From: Felis catus
Lineage: Eukaryota
Assembly: GCF_018350175.1 (NCBI RefSeq)
Contig: NC_058368.1
Location: 194,434,001-194,498,000 of the forward strand
Reading direction: 5' to 3'
Length of the DNA stretch: 64,000 bases
In this document: one piece after another, positions 12,789 through 26,209 of the stretch
Position numbering within the stretch: the first letter of the stretch is position 1
How the letters are laid out: each line of letters starts with the position of its first letter
Program-made: the position numbers and the translations under genes
The notes under the pieces: model-generated
Seen by the model: the letters and a program-made list of their open reading frames with translations, nothing else
Databases searched by the model: none
What the model was told of the DNA's origin: nothing

Positions 12789-13000
12789 GGGATGCCTGGG
12801 TGGCTCAGTCAGTTATGGATCCAACTTCGGCTCAGGTCATGATCTCACAGTCCATGGGTTCGAGCCCTGCCTCAGGCACTGTGCTGACAGCTCAGAGCCT
12901 GGAGCCTGCTTTGGATTCTGTGTCTCCCTCTCTCTCTGCCCCTCTCCTGCTCACACTCTGTCTCTCTCTGTCTCAAAAATAAATAAAAACATTAAAAAAA
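12789..13000 (+). mobile_element. Can-SINE with 17-bp TSD
   Basis: TSD aaagaaccatggttctt at 12772-12788 and 13001-13017. Confidence 0.96.
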
Positions 13001-14242
13001 AAAGAACCATGGTTCTTACTCTCAAAAGAAGCTAATTGTATAGAAGCACTAAGTGTGATTTTTCAACAAGCCTTTGTGAGGAAGGGGTGAGGAAGCAGGA
13101 ATAAGAAAAAATATCTAGGTATTTGGGAATAATACACCCAACCATTAAGACTTTGCTCTCTTTACTGCTGTATCTCTACTGCCTATAACAGTGAATGACA
13201 CAAAGAAGGCAGTCAATAATTTTTGCAAGATGCATGGATGAATGAACTGATTCATTGAGTTCTATGGATTTTCCCATTCTCTCCATGTATGCCCTTGACA
13301 CAAATGTTCTAGAATTAACATAGATATAATGTAAGAGTCTAAACTTGACCTTTATTTTCAAAATTTTTAATAACATTTTGCTTTGGGGTAAACACAACAC
13401 TTGATAAAATGTCTCTTAAGTCTTGGTAGTATTTGAGGAATTGGAATTTGATTCTTAACATTCTAGGAGAAGCACTTAAGGAGTTTCTAGGTAAGAAATT
13501 AGAAAGTAAACTATTGGCAATTTATCCTTATGAAAATAAGAAATCTTGCCAAACAAAAGCATCCCTGATCAAAATAATACAACTAAAACACCATCACCAC
13601 ACACTACGACCAAGGCCTGTGCTGTGTACCATGAGCACTGAAAAGGGGAACAAGATATGGCTTGTCATTGAGGACTCTGGTGTCACTGGAGATGAGGAAA
13701 TTCACCTGAATACTTGAGACCCACTTAATGGTCCTCACAGATGCTCTTAACCATCTTTGAAGAGGTGATTAAGTTGTCATCACCTCCATAAACTCTCCCC
13801 AGATCCCCTTCTTCCTCTTTTTCTCTTTATTTGTTTCATCATAGTCTACATTGATTTAGAGCTGGTTGGTCACATGCAGATCTGTTTATTCTCACTATTC
13901 ATTTAGAGCATTTGTTAATATATTCTATGTGATGGTATGGAAGTAATATCTTATAATCCTACAGCATGTCATGGCTTAAAAAAAGTAATTCCAACCCCTA
14001 AGTTTATCCTTTTTCAGCCCTGACAAAAATTCTCTGAAGCAGGAAGGACTGACACAGCAATAGTCACTCCACAGATGGGGACACTGAGACTTGAAAAGGT
14101 TGGAGTTGGACAGGCCTGGATTTGAATTCTAGCTCTGCTGTGAATTGTGTGGACTTGGAAGCTCATTTTTTTGCTCTGAGCCTCCGTTTCCTGTAAAATG
14201 GGGAATAATGTTGTCTTGCTTCTTACAGTTTTTAAAAAAAAA

Positions 14243-14263
14243 TTTTTTTAATGTTTATTTATT

Positions 14264-14306
<43 letters not shown>

Positions 14307-14450
14307 CAGAGAGAGAAGGAAACACAGAATCCTAACCAGGCTCCAGGGTCTGAGCTGTCAGCACAGATGTGGGGCTCAAAATCACAAACTGCAAGATCAT
14401 GACCTGAGCTGAAATCAGATGTTTAATTGACTGAGTCACCCAGGCACTCC
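14243..14450 (-). mobile_element. Can-SINE with expanded (GA)n, inserted in a MIR
   Basis: TSD-like cttctta(c/t)agtttt on both sides; MIR core at about 14110-14230. Confidence 0.9.
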
Positions 14451-14849
14451 TACTTCTTATAGTTTTGAAGATCAAGTGTATTGTGTGCAGATCTCAGCTA
14501 GAGACTGACATAAAAATAATTCATTAATAAACAGTAGGAATAAATGAACAAATAAGGTGTGTTACAGAGCTAATTAAAAGGCATGTTTTGAACCCAGATC
14601 TCAACTCCAAGTCCAGAGATCTTTTGAAGATACCCTTGATTAACTGTCTTAAATCATAAGCTTCTTTATGGCAGAAGGGACTTTTAAGTCATCTTTGTAT
14701 CTACAGAAGGCCTTAACAGACTACTTTTCAATATCTAAGGGCTAAAAATTATTAATTAAATACAAATAGTTATCTTACTGAATTTCCAGTCATCTTTATT
14801 CAATCCCCTGAGGTCCCAGAGTACCTGATATATACTATGGCAATATGGT

Positions 14850-15200
14850 GGGATTGTGTTTGACCATGAGCAAGAGAATATATGACAATAGTAGCTTACA
14901 TATAAGATATCATTCATCTCATGCAAGAAAAGAATGGGAATAAGTTGCAGTTGTCCAGGGCTTCTCTAACGGTACAGCAATGCCATAAAGGACCCACGTT
15001 TCTTCTATCTTCTTTCTTCATGGCCTTAAAATGGCTGAACCTTAATCCAGCGTCTACATCAGCATGTCCATGTTCCAGGCAGAAATAAAAGTGAAGAGAG
15101 ATGTATAAATAACCAAAGAGCAAGAACTGCATTACTAGCAACTGGTAGCTGCAAGGAGGCACAGATTATGGGTAGATAGAGGTATAATAAGACACCCAGC
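14850..15200 (-). mobile_element. Old MaLR LTR (MLT1K/L-like), degraded
   Basis: tagtagctta..., aaggacccacgtttcttctatct, aaaatggctg..tccagc resemble MLT1K-type sequence. Confidence 0.4.
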
Positions 15201-16249
15201 CTCTATTATTATAAAGGAGACAAAGAAAAGGAATTGAGACAAGGGAATTTCTCTTCATGAACCCAGAACCTAGTATGGTGCTTGACAAACAGCAAGTCAT
15301 TAGTAAAAAATTGTCCAATATATAAGTACATCCTTAGTAGCCCCAAGACCTCAGTCGAGCCAAATTGGCTTTATCAGCAGAGTCCCATGTGAAAAACACT
15401 TGGCAAATTCTGGGGCTCGCTGATCACCATTTACCTAAAGGCCAGCTGAATTTCTGCAAGTATTAGGGTACCAAAGTACTGGAATCTCTCTTACATCTTC
15501 CTGACCAGCACTATCTTCATAATGCCAGTGATGCTGACTAGATCAGGATCTGAGAAGCAAACATCCTTTTGGTATAGATGGCCATCATCCTCATGGCCAG
15601 CACTATGCAAATATTTTTTCCGAGGTACATTTATTGGTGACTGCATGAAATTCACTCTGCTAACTCACGCCAAGGGTTCTCTCTGGAAACCTCATAGAAC
15701 CAACATGGAGTTGCTGCAGAAAGTTATGCTGCATCTGATAAAACCATCAGCGCTATGGCTGAGGTGTTTCATTAGGGCGAAGGTGGAGTGAAAGCAGAAA
15801 TTTGCTAGAACCGCTAATCTCTCTGCAGCCAGCAGCTAAGAGTTTCAAATTGAGCACTAAGTTTAATGTGATTTAGTATATTTGCTCAGTGTGCCATTTT
15901 ACCCCTGGGTTAACATGGGAAAATGAAGAAAGAGCTAATTGCACTATTATCTCTTCAACATAATGGGCCAGTGCCCCAGAGCAGCTGCTGTTCTTATTAG
16001 ATCCTGTCACCAGGGGGAAATACTGCTTTCTCTCTCCCAAGGTGCAACTTCTTTTGTTCACTAACTGTGTTTACAGGACACACTTGTCTGGCTTGCTACT
16101 CTACGTCGGGTGCCATAGTCATACCCTCTCTTTAGCATTCTTTCTCCCAAACCCTTGATATCAAGTTTGTATCTCTAAATTAACAACTTTGATTCTGAAG
16201 GCAATGCATCTCCGGAAATCCTTCATAAGGTAGGGAAAAAAGAGTACTT

Positions 16250-16440
16250 CAAGAGGTCTTGAGCCCTATTCCTATCAATTACTAACTGTGGGTCCCTGGG
16301 CAAGTTATGTAATTTGCCCTGAACCTTGGTTTCCTCATCTGTAGAATGGGGATAATAGTAGATGCTAACTCTGAGGGCTATGAAGAATAATGAAATAAGT
16401 GAATTGTTTAGCCTTGTGTATATGGTGGACACTCAATTGC
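16250..16440 (+). mobile_element. MIR
   Basis: Core ctgggcaagtta...cttggtttcctcatctgtagaatggggataatag. Confidence 0.8.
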
Positions 16441-16964
16441 TATATATAATTATGATTATTAATTTTAAATACACTTTATACATTGTGCAAAATGATTGAA
16501 AACAATGGCAGAAGGTGTTAAAGGAGAATTACAAAACATAAAGAAGGGGTGCCTTAGCAGCATTCTCTAAGTAAAGCATTTATATTATAGCAGATTACAT
16601 TTTTATTACCTTTGCTCTATGTGTGGGGATGAGTGGAGTGACAATCAAGAAAAACAAGAAGCTCGGGTATAAGAAAGTAACTAATATTTGGATAGTATAT
16701 GAGAGCTTTCAATTATTTCTCAAGTAATTTACTGAGCGTTAGATAACACATGAATTATGAATAGAGGAACACAAGATTTGTGGTTGGAATACATATCTTA
16801 AAGTCTCAGCTCTGTCATTTGCCAATTATACAAACTGGGGCAAGAAACTCACCTTTTCTGGGGCTTTTCCAACATATAACACATGCATGATGTTATTTGG
16901 TTTACCCTCAGATGTTTTGAAAATGAAAATGAAAAATTAACTTAGAAAAGCTTCAAACACTTAA

Positions 16965-18270
16965 GAGCCACACAAACACCTGCATATGAGTGTTTCCAGT
17001 AGCTTCATTCATAATCTCAAAAAAAAAAAAAAAAAGGAATCAACCAAAATGTTCTTTAATAAGTGAATGGATAAAAAAAAAAAACTGACACTGATCTTGT
17101 TTTCTAATACCACTCTCCAATAAAAAGAATGAGGGCTCACGGAAGAGATGAAGAATTCTAGGATTGAGGCAGGAAATCTACAAGGTAAGTATGGAGCATC
17201 TCGTACTGCCAAAAAGTAAGAAGCTCCTAAAACAAACAAACAAACAAACAAACAAACAAATCCACAGTCATTGGGATAGGTTAAAGGAACATAACAGCCA
17301 ACCAATGGCCAGAGCTGAAACAATTTGAGGATCAAAATAAAATTTTACTGGATTAGAACTCAAAATAGAAAATAAATATCCATGAGGCCATACAGAGATA
17401 AATAAATGTTTGAATATATAAATAAGTGGGGAGAAGAGATAAATTTCCCATACAGAAAAATTTCAAGCGCTTTAGGTAAATATTCTGTCCTCAAGGAGGT
17501 GGAACAGAATTCCCCACACCTTAACTATAAGCTGCATATAATGACTTTCTTCCCAAGACACAGAAAAAAAAAAAAAAAAAAAGAGGATATGTGTGGTGGG
17601 GGGTGTTATTTTATAGTGGGGAAACATGACAAATACTGCCTCAGCCAGGTGATCAGGGGCAACATCAACAGTCATAAATAGTGTTGATAGTATGTAGCCT
17701 GAATATGATGTGATAGAAATGTCATTTTATGTCTGTGACCTTCCTCCAAAAACCCCATAACCCTTGCCTAATCATGAAAAAAAGCAACAAACAAATTCCA
17801 ATAGATGGGCATCCTTTAATATACCTGACCAGTACTCTTCAAAACTCTCAAGATTCTACAAAAAATGAGGGAAGGCTAAGAAATGTTCATAGCCAAGAGA
17901 AGCCTGTGGAGACATGACAACTAAATGCAATGTGACATCCTAGATGGAATTCTGGAGCAGAATAAAGTCATTAGGTAAAGCCAGAGAACATGTGAAGAGA
18001 GTATGAACTTTAGTTAATAATAATCCACTAATTTTGGCTCATTAATTGTAACAAATCTACCAGAGTAATGCTGATTATAGTAGAAGATATGTGTGGAAAT
18101 ATATGGGCAGAACTCTCTGTATTATCTTCCCCATTTTTCTATAAATCTAAATCTTTTCTTAAAAATTATGTTTATGTAAAAATAAAATAAAAAATAAGTC
18201 ATGCAGAAAAAAACTACCATTTGATTTCACTTATATGTGAAATCTAAAAAACAAAACAAATGAACGACAA
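16965..18270 (+). mobile_element. Ancient L1 (L1MC-like) 3' end
   Basis: ORF2-tail remnant (caaccaaaatgtt..taagtgaatggataaa), L1MC-type 3' UTR (cctcagccaggtgatca.gggcaacatcaacagt), and an A-rich tail near 18180-18196. Confidence 0.75.
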
Positions 18271-18299
18271 ATTTGCAGAGTAACAGCTGTAGAAAGTAT

Positions 18300-19505
18300 C
18301 TTGTCTCTCAGACCATTGCACTTAGCTTAAAATGCTCCCATAGCTTCCTATCATACTAACCTAAAACCCAAATTCAAATGGCCTCTAACCCTATATGCTT
18401 TGGTCCCTATGTCCCTCTCTTAAAGCTCCTTGGCTCATTCACCACATGCTAGCTCATTGTCCTTCTCCCTGTTTCTTGAATATGCCAGGCATATTCCTGC
18501 CTTATAGCCCTTGTACTTGAAGTTCTGTCTTCCTGAAATGCTCTTCCTCTAGCTCTCAGTTCAGCTCTCTCCTCCTTGAACTGGCATTGTCTGACACAAT
18601 CTGAAATCACCCATTCCTCCCCTGAGTTAGCTCCTTGGTCGTCCAAGAAGCAGGTCCCAAGAGATATTAGGCATGCATGGGATGTCCTAGGGGTATGCCT
18701 GTGGGAGCTAGGGGAGCTGTCACACTGGGGTATTAAGTCTGACCCCTGTAAAGGGAAAGGAAAGAGGGTTGGATAAGAAGCATCTCAGGGGTGCCTAGGT
18801 GGCTCAGTTGATTAAGTGTCCAACTCTTGATTTCAGCTCAGGTCATGATCTCATGGTTTGTGAGTTCAAACCCCATGTCAGGCTCTGTGCTGACAGCACG
18901 TGTCGCCCACTTGGGATTCTCTCTCTTCTTACTCCTCTCTCTCTCTGCCCCTCCACCCACTTGTGCTCCTGTGTGCGCTTTTTCTCTCTTTCAAAATAAA
19001 TAAATAAACTTGATTTTTTTTTTAAAGCATCTCAGACTGTGGTGCGGTTCTGACAAAGTTTTGACAAGGGTGATACAGAGTCCTGGAGCCAGAGTCACCA
19101 CTGGAGGAGTCCTGCATGCCACAGCAATGAGCTGGCCTTAGTATCCCCACCAAGCTCAGTCACTGGCTGGGAGTAGCGCTGGCTAAGTGTGATCTCAGCG
19201 TCAACACTGCAATGCATGCAGGGTGCAACAGCTTAGGCCACTGACCAATGATTTCCCATTTCCCGCAGTGGGAGATGTTCATGGAGCCCACATGCCCACT
19301 ACAGCATGCTCTATCACCTCCCTTTATTCATTTCTTCATAGCACTTATCAATGTTTGATACATCCTATTAATGTGTCTATTGCCTCCTCGTCCTCATACC
19401 ACTGACAAGAATACAGATGTGTTAGCTGTCTCATTCATCACTGTAACCCAGTACCCAAACACTTCCTGGCACACAGTAGGTGCTCAAAAAAGGTATTAAA
19501 TGACT
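18300..19505 (+). mobile_element. L2 3' end split by a minus-strand ERVL (LTR16-like) LTR at about 18622-19303
   Basis: L2 pieces at 18300-18620 and 19304-19505 (cctggcacacagtaggtgctcaa); ERVL LTR-like sequence between them. Confidence 0.6.
18788..19024 (+). mobile_element. Can-SINE with TSD
   Basis: TSD aagcatctcag at about 18778-18788 and 19025-19035. Confidence 0.93.
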
Positions 19506-20346
19506 CTCTAGGTTTGTGGCAGGGAAAAAAGAAAAAGAGGACTAGTCCATATTCCCTCTCTTTACTGGTACATTCCAATAGATGGGACTCTGCAGTAAAA
19601 ACCAATCAACTTCGTATACATTAAAAAAGAAACCTGCTGAACTTTTCTTCTGCCCTGATCCATACTAAACTAGGTTATCCATTATAACCACACCTTTCCC
19701 TGATCTTGTCTGTATTTTCCTAACAGGAGACATTCTATTTAATCCACATTCAGGTGAGAAAAGTTATAATAATACAGGGTAGTTGCATAGTATTTTGTAT
19801 TCTTAGTTTGCAAAGCACATCCACATTCATCATCTCATTAATTCCCCTCAACAATCCTACGTGGTACTTATTATTATCCTCATATTCTAGAGGGAAAAAC
19901 TGAACATAAACACAAAGAAAACCAGAAGAAGCCAAGATTAGAATGCCCACATGAAATTCTCCCAGTAGAAGGAAACAGTAGTACATCTGGTCCAGGTGGA
20001 ATTGTTTGATTATTCCCCCAGAGGTCCAGTCGGAGTCAATGCAGCAATTCTTTGTAAGAGCAGAAAATGAGTTTTAAAACAAAATCTATTGTTTGACCCA
20101 TTTCCCTTTGAAGTATTTTTGTTTTCCTGACTCTAGTTTTTTTTTTTTTTAATTTGATTACACAAGTTTAATTTTCTGGGCATCTACAATTCTGTGCTAA
20201 AAGATTCCTGCCCTGATCTCTACATGGAATGTTGGCTTACAAGCAAACTCTTGATATCAGCATTTCCTGATGTGGTTCAGTAAAGTCCTCATTCATTTCT
20301 CTTTGCAAGGTTATTTTTCACTTTTACAGACTATAGTATATGTTTA

Positions 20347-20379
<33 letters not shown>

Positions 20380-20381
20380 TA
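20347..20381. repeat. (TA)n microsatellite
   Basis: TA run with a CA interruption. Confidence 0.9.
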
Positions 20382-20582
20382 CTATTTATTTCCTATACCA
20401 TAGCTAGTGATTCATCTATTGTTTGATCCAATTGTTATTTATTGTGTGCATGTTTCCCTGGGAGATGTCATGGGACCTATAAAGGAAAGGTAACTATGAT
20501 CTCTTCATGGAAAGGCTGGGATATGAATTAGATCATAAAAGAGAGAGAGATCAAGAAAAGATTTCAAAAATGTAAAAAAATA

Positions 20583-20774
20583 TATTTTTAGAGAGGAAGG
20601 GGCATGCGCATGAGCAAGTGAGCAGGGAAGGGGCTGAGGGAGAGAGGGAATCTTAAGCAGGCTCCATGCCCAGCATGGAGCCCAATGTGGGGCTCGATCT
20701 CACAACCGTGAGATCATGACGTGAACCAAAATCAAGAGTTGGACACTTAACCAACTGAGCCACCCATGCACCCC
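20583..20774 (-). mobile_element. Can-SINE (older type)
   Basis: Reverse head ...cacttaaccaactgagccacccatgcacccc. Confidence 0.9.
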
Positions 20775-23028
20775 AAGACAAAAGGTTTAAAATATAAGAA
20801 GAGACAAGAAATCTTAGAATAAAAAAAAGATGAAGCTCCAAGCCAGACGTTTAATTCTGTCATGGTATGCATGTTTCTCATGGATACCAATTTTGACTAG
20901 GCTCATCGTTCTCACAGTTTGGGCCTAAAGACCTTCCAAATGCCCCAAACACACAAACGACAGACAAAATATCATAACCTCTGTATCCAGTCCCATTGGT
21001 GTGCATGCATCCTCTTACACAGGTGGATGTCATGTTCAAGTCAGGCTGCATATGGGCCACAAGCTGCTATTCCCCACTCCCAGCTGCATGCCAGGCAGAG
21101 CTAAGAGATCCGAGCTCTTACAATTAGCCCCTTAGATTTCTTCACAGTGAACAGCCACGACAACTGACTGGAACCAGTCCTACAGATGAAACCAACCTGC
21201 CACTCCAGACCTGGCTCTGCTCAGGACAAGAAGACAGTTAAGTGAATCTTGTCACTTTCCTCTTCTTACCTTGATTGAACCTGAATTGACTATCCCAATA
21301 ATATTTCACAATAAGAGCCAAAGTTACTTAAAGTCACATTTGTTTGCAATCTCCTTGTACATAGCTCAAAATAATGTCACTAAGATAGCTCACATGTGTA
21401 CAAACCTCATTTGACTTTTATGAGAGCCACAAGATGTTCCCATACTAGATGACACATGAGAGAACTGAGACTGGAAATGAATTAAAATGACACTGAAAAG
21501 GTTAAGGAATGATTTTCTGCAAATCTAGGTCTTCTTCCTGCTTTGTCCCTTGTTTAGCAACCAAATAACAAGCTTTTGAATACATCCATTCCAAGACTTG
21601 GGATATTGCAGATTTTCTAAATAATAATCCTGGAATGATTCATACATGCAATCAGGTTTGTTTTAGTTGTGTTCTGGGAAACACTGGTTTAGTTCAGCCT
21701 CCTCCCATTGTATTGATGAGAAAGCTGAGACCCAAGAGGTCATGACTTCAGTATGATGAAATACACAGAAAGGCAAAATCAGAACTAAAAGTCAGGTCTC
21801 CTCATAACTACTCTTCTTTTACACTTCACATTTAGGCCTCCTAATAGTGTCTTAAAAAGCTGCATGGGAGTCTGTTAAGACACCTGATGTGCGATACACT
21901 GAACAAAGGGTTAATAATACAGCCTTTGGGTAAAATGGTTAGAAAACTGGATTCTCAATCTAAGTAAGGCTTTATCACAAAGATGTATAAGTTTGTTTAT
22001 AAGCATGGCAGAGCCTAGGTTTCCAAACCCTTCTTTGGAAACTGCAGTATCATTCTGCATCCCATTTTTACAGGTATGCAGTACAAATTGAAAATAAATT
22101 CCAAAGAAGCTCTAAGGGGAAGACTGCAGTAATTTCAGCCTAGATGAGCTGAAAAAAAATCACCTCTGAGCTAGACCATAAATCCGGCTATTTTATAGCT
22201 TTTCCTGTTCTATTCTTGTGCTTGTTCAAAAAAAAAAAAATTCAATTTCTTTAGTGAAACTGTATTTTAAAAAAAAGTACAGAATGCAAAGTAGATCTTA
22301 AAGTCAGAACTTCTATCAAGACAATCTTATCTATATGGAGAAAAACCCATATGGATATCTCTTGGGCTTTCAGATAGTCTGCCTGGAGGTACCCCGGGTT
22401 TTCATGCAGCATACAACTCAGACAAATCTTGAGGTCCATACTTCCCTAAAGAAGGTGGCAGTGCTGGATCAGGGGATGATGGCCCCAACCCGGGTATTTT
22501 GCTTACTGTCATCACATAAGGCATACCTCACACCCACCAAGCCAACAGTCTCTTCCTGGGGGCAAGGAAATGATTTAACTTGGGTTCTGCTCTACCATTT
22601 TGAGGTACACAGGGATACAAGAGAGGTCATCCAACTAGACAGTAACTGAGGGATTACAGAAATCTAGTCAATATGTGATCAAAGTATAGATTTAATATTC
22701 ACTTTCTGTGAAAGAGCAAACCAGATGTTTTAAATCTTACAGTACAGGTCTTCCATTTATAAGAAACACTGGGTTCAACTTCATTTTGCTTTTTTTCCAG
22801 CTTCTAAGATTTTTTTTCCTTTGTTTAGCAATGTATCTAAAGCTTCCTGCCTGAATCTCCCTCCGGTTATTATTTACATACACTCAACATTACAGAATTT
22901 TCTTAAAACCCTGGTGAGTCAAGCTTAAAGCAGACTACAAAATTTCCAGTCACATGGCAATCTGCCTTCACCCATGTGTCCTTAAACTATTTAGATGCTA
23001 CCGAAGACCTTTGTGAAGGTGGTTTTCT

Positions 23029-23270
23029 TTTCTTTTTTCTTTTAATGTTTATTTGTTTTTGAGAGAGAGAGAGAGAGAGAGCATGCGCACGTGCACCAGT
23101 GAGCATGAGTGGGGGAAGGGCAGAGAGAAAGGGGAACAGAAAATCTGAAGCAGGCTCCAGGCTCTGAGCTGTCAGCACAGAGCCCGATGTGGGACTCGAA
23201 CTCATGAACCGTGAGATCGTGACCTGAGCCGAAGTCAGATGCTTAGCCAACTGAGCCATCCAGATGCCCC
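23029..23270 (-). mobile_element. Can-SINE with TSD
   Basis: TSD aggtggttttct at 23017-23028 and 23276-23287. Confidence 0.95.
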
Positions 23271-23407
23271 TGTAGAGGTGGTTTTCTAAGGGCATTTTTG
23301 AGCAAACAGAGGCAAAGACCAGGACAGCTTGGGTACAAAAACACTTTTTTCTTAAAATTGTATTTATACAATGCCTTACACTATATAAAGCACTTTTCCA
23401 AATCATT

Positions 23408-23588
23408 TAGTGGTTCGCAAGCCTCAATGAACATTAGAATCACTTGGAAACATACCAACTCTGATATCCCACTGCCAGAGATTCTGAATAGAAAGATCTT
23501 GGGCAGGGCCCAGGAATCTGCATTTCTATCAAACACCTGCAGGAGAGTCTGATGCAGGCGGTATACAGACCAAGCTTAGAAAAACTCT
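23408..23588. mobile_element. MER5A
   Basis: agtggttc...acattagaatcacttgg...gggcccaggaatctgcatttct...gatgcaggcggt. Confidence 0.7.
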
Positions 23589-24731
23589 GACTTATAGAAG
23601 GCTGACCATGGCTGTGTCAGCTAATGATCACACTTTAGATAATTTTAGAGATTCTAAAAATAAAGAAGCTAATCCTCAAAGAGACATAGATATTTGCCTA
23701 ATATCTTACATGGCATGTGAGAGCTAGATTTCAAAAACCACATGTTTGATCCCAAATCCGAAGACATTCACATTAAAAAAGCTGAGTTTATTGTACATGA
23801 ATTAAAACACTAGAATGAAAGTAAACATTGCTGTATTAGAGAAAGCAACTGTGTGTATGGGTAAAACCCAAAGGATAAAGAAGCCATTTGTGAGACAGAA
23901 GGATGAAAAGGAGGTTTTTTTCCTTATCACCATAATGTCTAGTGGTCCCTCTCCAGACTTTTCCCCAGGAGTCACAGTCTCTGTCCCTGACCTCCTGGCT
24001 GTCACCTGGCCGGTCTAAAAATACTGGATCTCCTCACTGCCATCAGAATATAAACTGATCCAGTATCAAGTGCAAATGAGGATATTTACTTCACTTTTAA
24101 CTTTATACCTTTTCTTTCCATTGTTTTCTTCTCAAACTCCTGGCTCCTCTCTCTATTTCGCTACAGGATTCTAACTGTAAATAAGAGAGAAAAAAGTCTT
24201 TATTCGGTAATTTTTTGAATCATTCCTAAATTGGAATCAGACAGAATGCTAATATGAAATCTAATCTCTATTACTAACTTAATGTGTGATCATGGGCAAG
24301 TTGTTTACCCTGTCTGGGCTTTGCCAAATAAAGTGGTCAGACCAGAGTTCCTCTAAGGGCACTTTCAACTTTGAAACACTGAGATGCAAACCCTTTAGAG
24401 TGAGCACTGAGTATGTGTAAAGCTCTGTGCTGAACTTGGATGATAATAATCAGTCATGGACCCTCAGCATGGAGCTCACCACTTACCCAGGCAGGATGCA
24501 ATAGGTAGGGAATTTAATGAATTATGGGAAGGAATATTAAGGTGACAGGGAATCATGAAAGAAAGTAATATGAACCCGAGGGACAGAGTATTTCTATCAT
24601 CTCTTGTCTGTTGGTAAAATATCACCTACTCTTGTCCCTTCCAATCTACCTGTGCACTACAGTCTGAGTGATCTCAAAATGCACATCTGATCACCATTCC
24701 AACATAAAACACTTTAAAGTCTTCCCCTTGA

Positions 24732-25073
24732 TGGAGAGTGTGATGCTAAGTGAAATAAGCCATACAGAGAAAGACAGATACCATATGTTTTCACTCTTAT
24801 GTGGATCCTGAGAAACTTAACAGAATCCCTTGGGGGAGGGGAAGGAAAACAAAAAACAAAAAAAAAGAGGTTAGAGTCAGAGAGAGCCAAAGCATAAAAG
24901 ACTCTTAAAAACTGAGAACAAACTGAGGGCTGATGGGGGGGTAGGAGGGAGGGGAGGGTGGGTGATGGGTATTGAGGAGGGCACCTTTTGGGATGAGCAC
25001 TGGGTGTTGTATGGAAACCAATTTGACAATAAATTTCAAATAAAAAAAATTTAAAAAAAATAAATTATGTCCT

Positions 25074-25110
<37 letters not shown>
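24732..25110 (+). mobile_element. Young 5'-truncated felid-type L1 (about 380 bp) with 17-bp TSD
   Basis: atgctaagtgaaataagccatacagagaaagacagatacc; G-rich 3' UTR; (TAAA)n tail. Perfect TSD taaagtcttccccttga at 24715-24731 and 25111-25127. Confidence 0.95.
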
Positions 25111-25113
<3 letters not shown>

Positions 25114-25509
25114 AGTCTTCCCCTTGAACCTGCAATCCAAATTCCTTCGTGTGACCTAAAAGCTAGGGTCCATGTTTGTTTCGTTCTATCTTGTATCTGC
25201 CCCCAGGGCCTATTACAGAGTAGGTAAAACTTGCTGAAGAAATAAATAAGAGTGAATGAAATGAGTGAAAATATGACTTGGAAGTTGGCCAGCCCTGAAT
25301 GGAAAGCACAGCAGGCTGGAACAAAGACTGGAAGGGGAGAGGGGCAATGTTACATAGATGACATGGGAAGCAGGTTCATCCTCTTTACAAGACAGAGAAA
25401 AAGCAGACCAGGTTTTAATGCACAGAAAATCCTCCTTATTCTAATCTGAAAAGACAACTGAGATGCACAGTAGGAGCCTGTAAACACAGGGTAAGTCTGT
25501 CCTCTTTTT

Positions 25510-25726
25510 GGGGTGCCTGGTTGGCTCAGGCGGTTAAGCAAATGACTCTTGGTTTTGGCTCAGGTCATGATCTCACGGGTTTCATGAGTTTAAGCCGTGT
25601 CGGGCTCAATACTGACAGAGTAGAGCCTGCTTGGGATTCTCTGTATCCCCCTCCCCTTTTCTGGCCCTCCCCTACTTGTGCTCTTTCTCTCTCAACATGA
25701 ATAAATAAACTTAAAAAAAAAAAAAA
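25510..25726 (+). mobile_element. Can-SINE
   Basis: Head ggggtgcctggttggctcag; tgtcctctttt duplicated on both flanks. Confidence 0.93.
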
Positions 25727-26209
25727 GGTTTGTCCTCTTTTCAAGGGAATTAAAATTCTCAGAGCTCTTGGTATGGTTGGGACCACGAAGGCACTGAATA
25801 GCTTAATCACTGACACTGATGGCCAATTTTGCTGCTTTCAGAGTCGAGGGACTCGTGTGGAAGACCTAGGAATCAAGTCTATTATCTTGCAGACAGTTTT
25901 CACATCAGAACCTCATTTCCCCTCATTAGATTCCATGCCTTGCTCCATCTTTTACCTATTTATTCCCTTCATTTTGTCAGTCTGGCCACTTAGAGCTGGG
26001 ATAAGCATGGGCTTAGGGCTCATCTGAGCAGCAAAATGGATAAGCAGTGCTTCATATTCACAATACTTCTCTTAGCTGATGAAATCTCCTAGGGAAAGTG
26101 GGGCAAACCGATTCAGAGTTGTCACAAACCTGAATGAGCCAGATAGAGACACCTCATATTGAGCACCATGCTGAGTGGTCTGCATGTATTATCCATAGGC
26201 AATTGCTGC

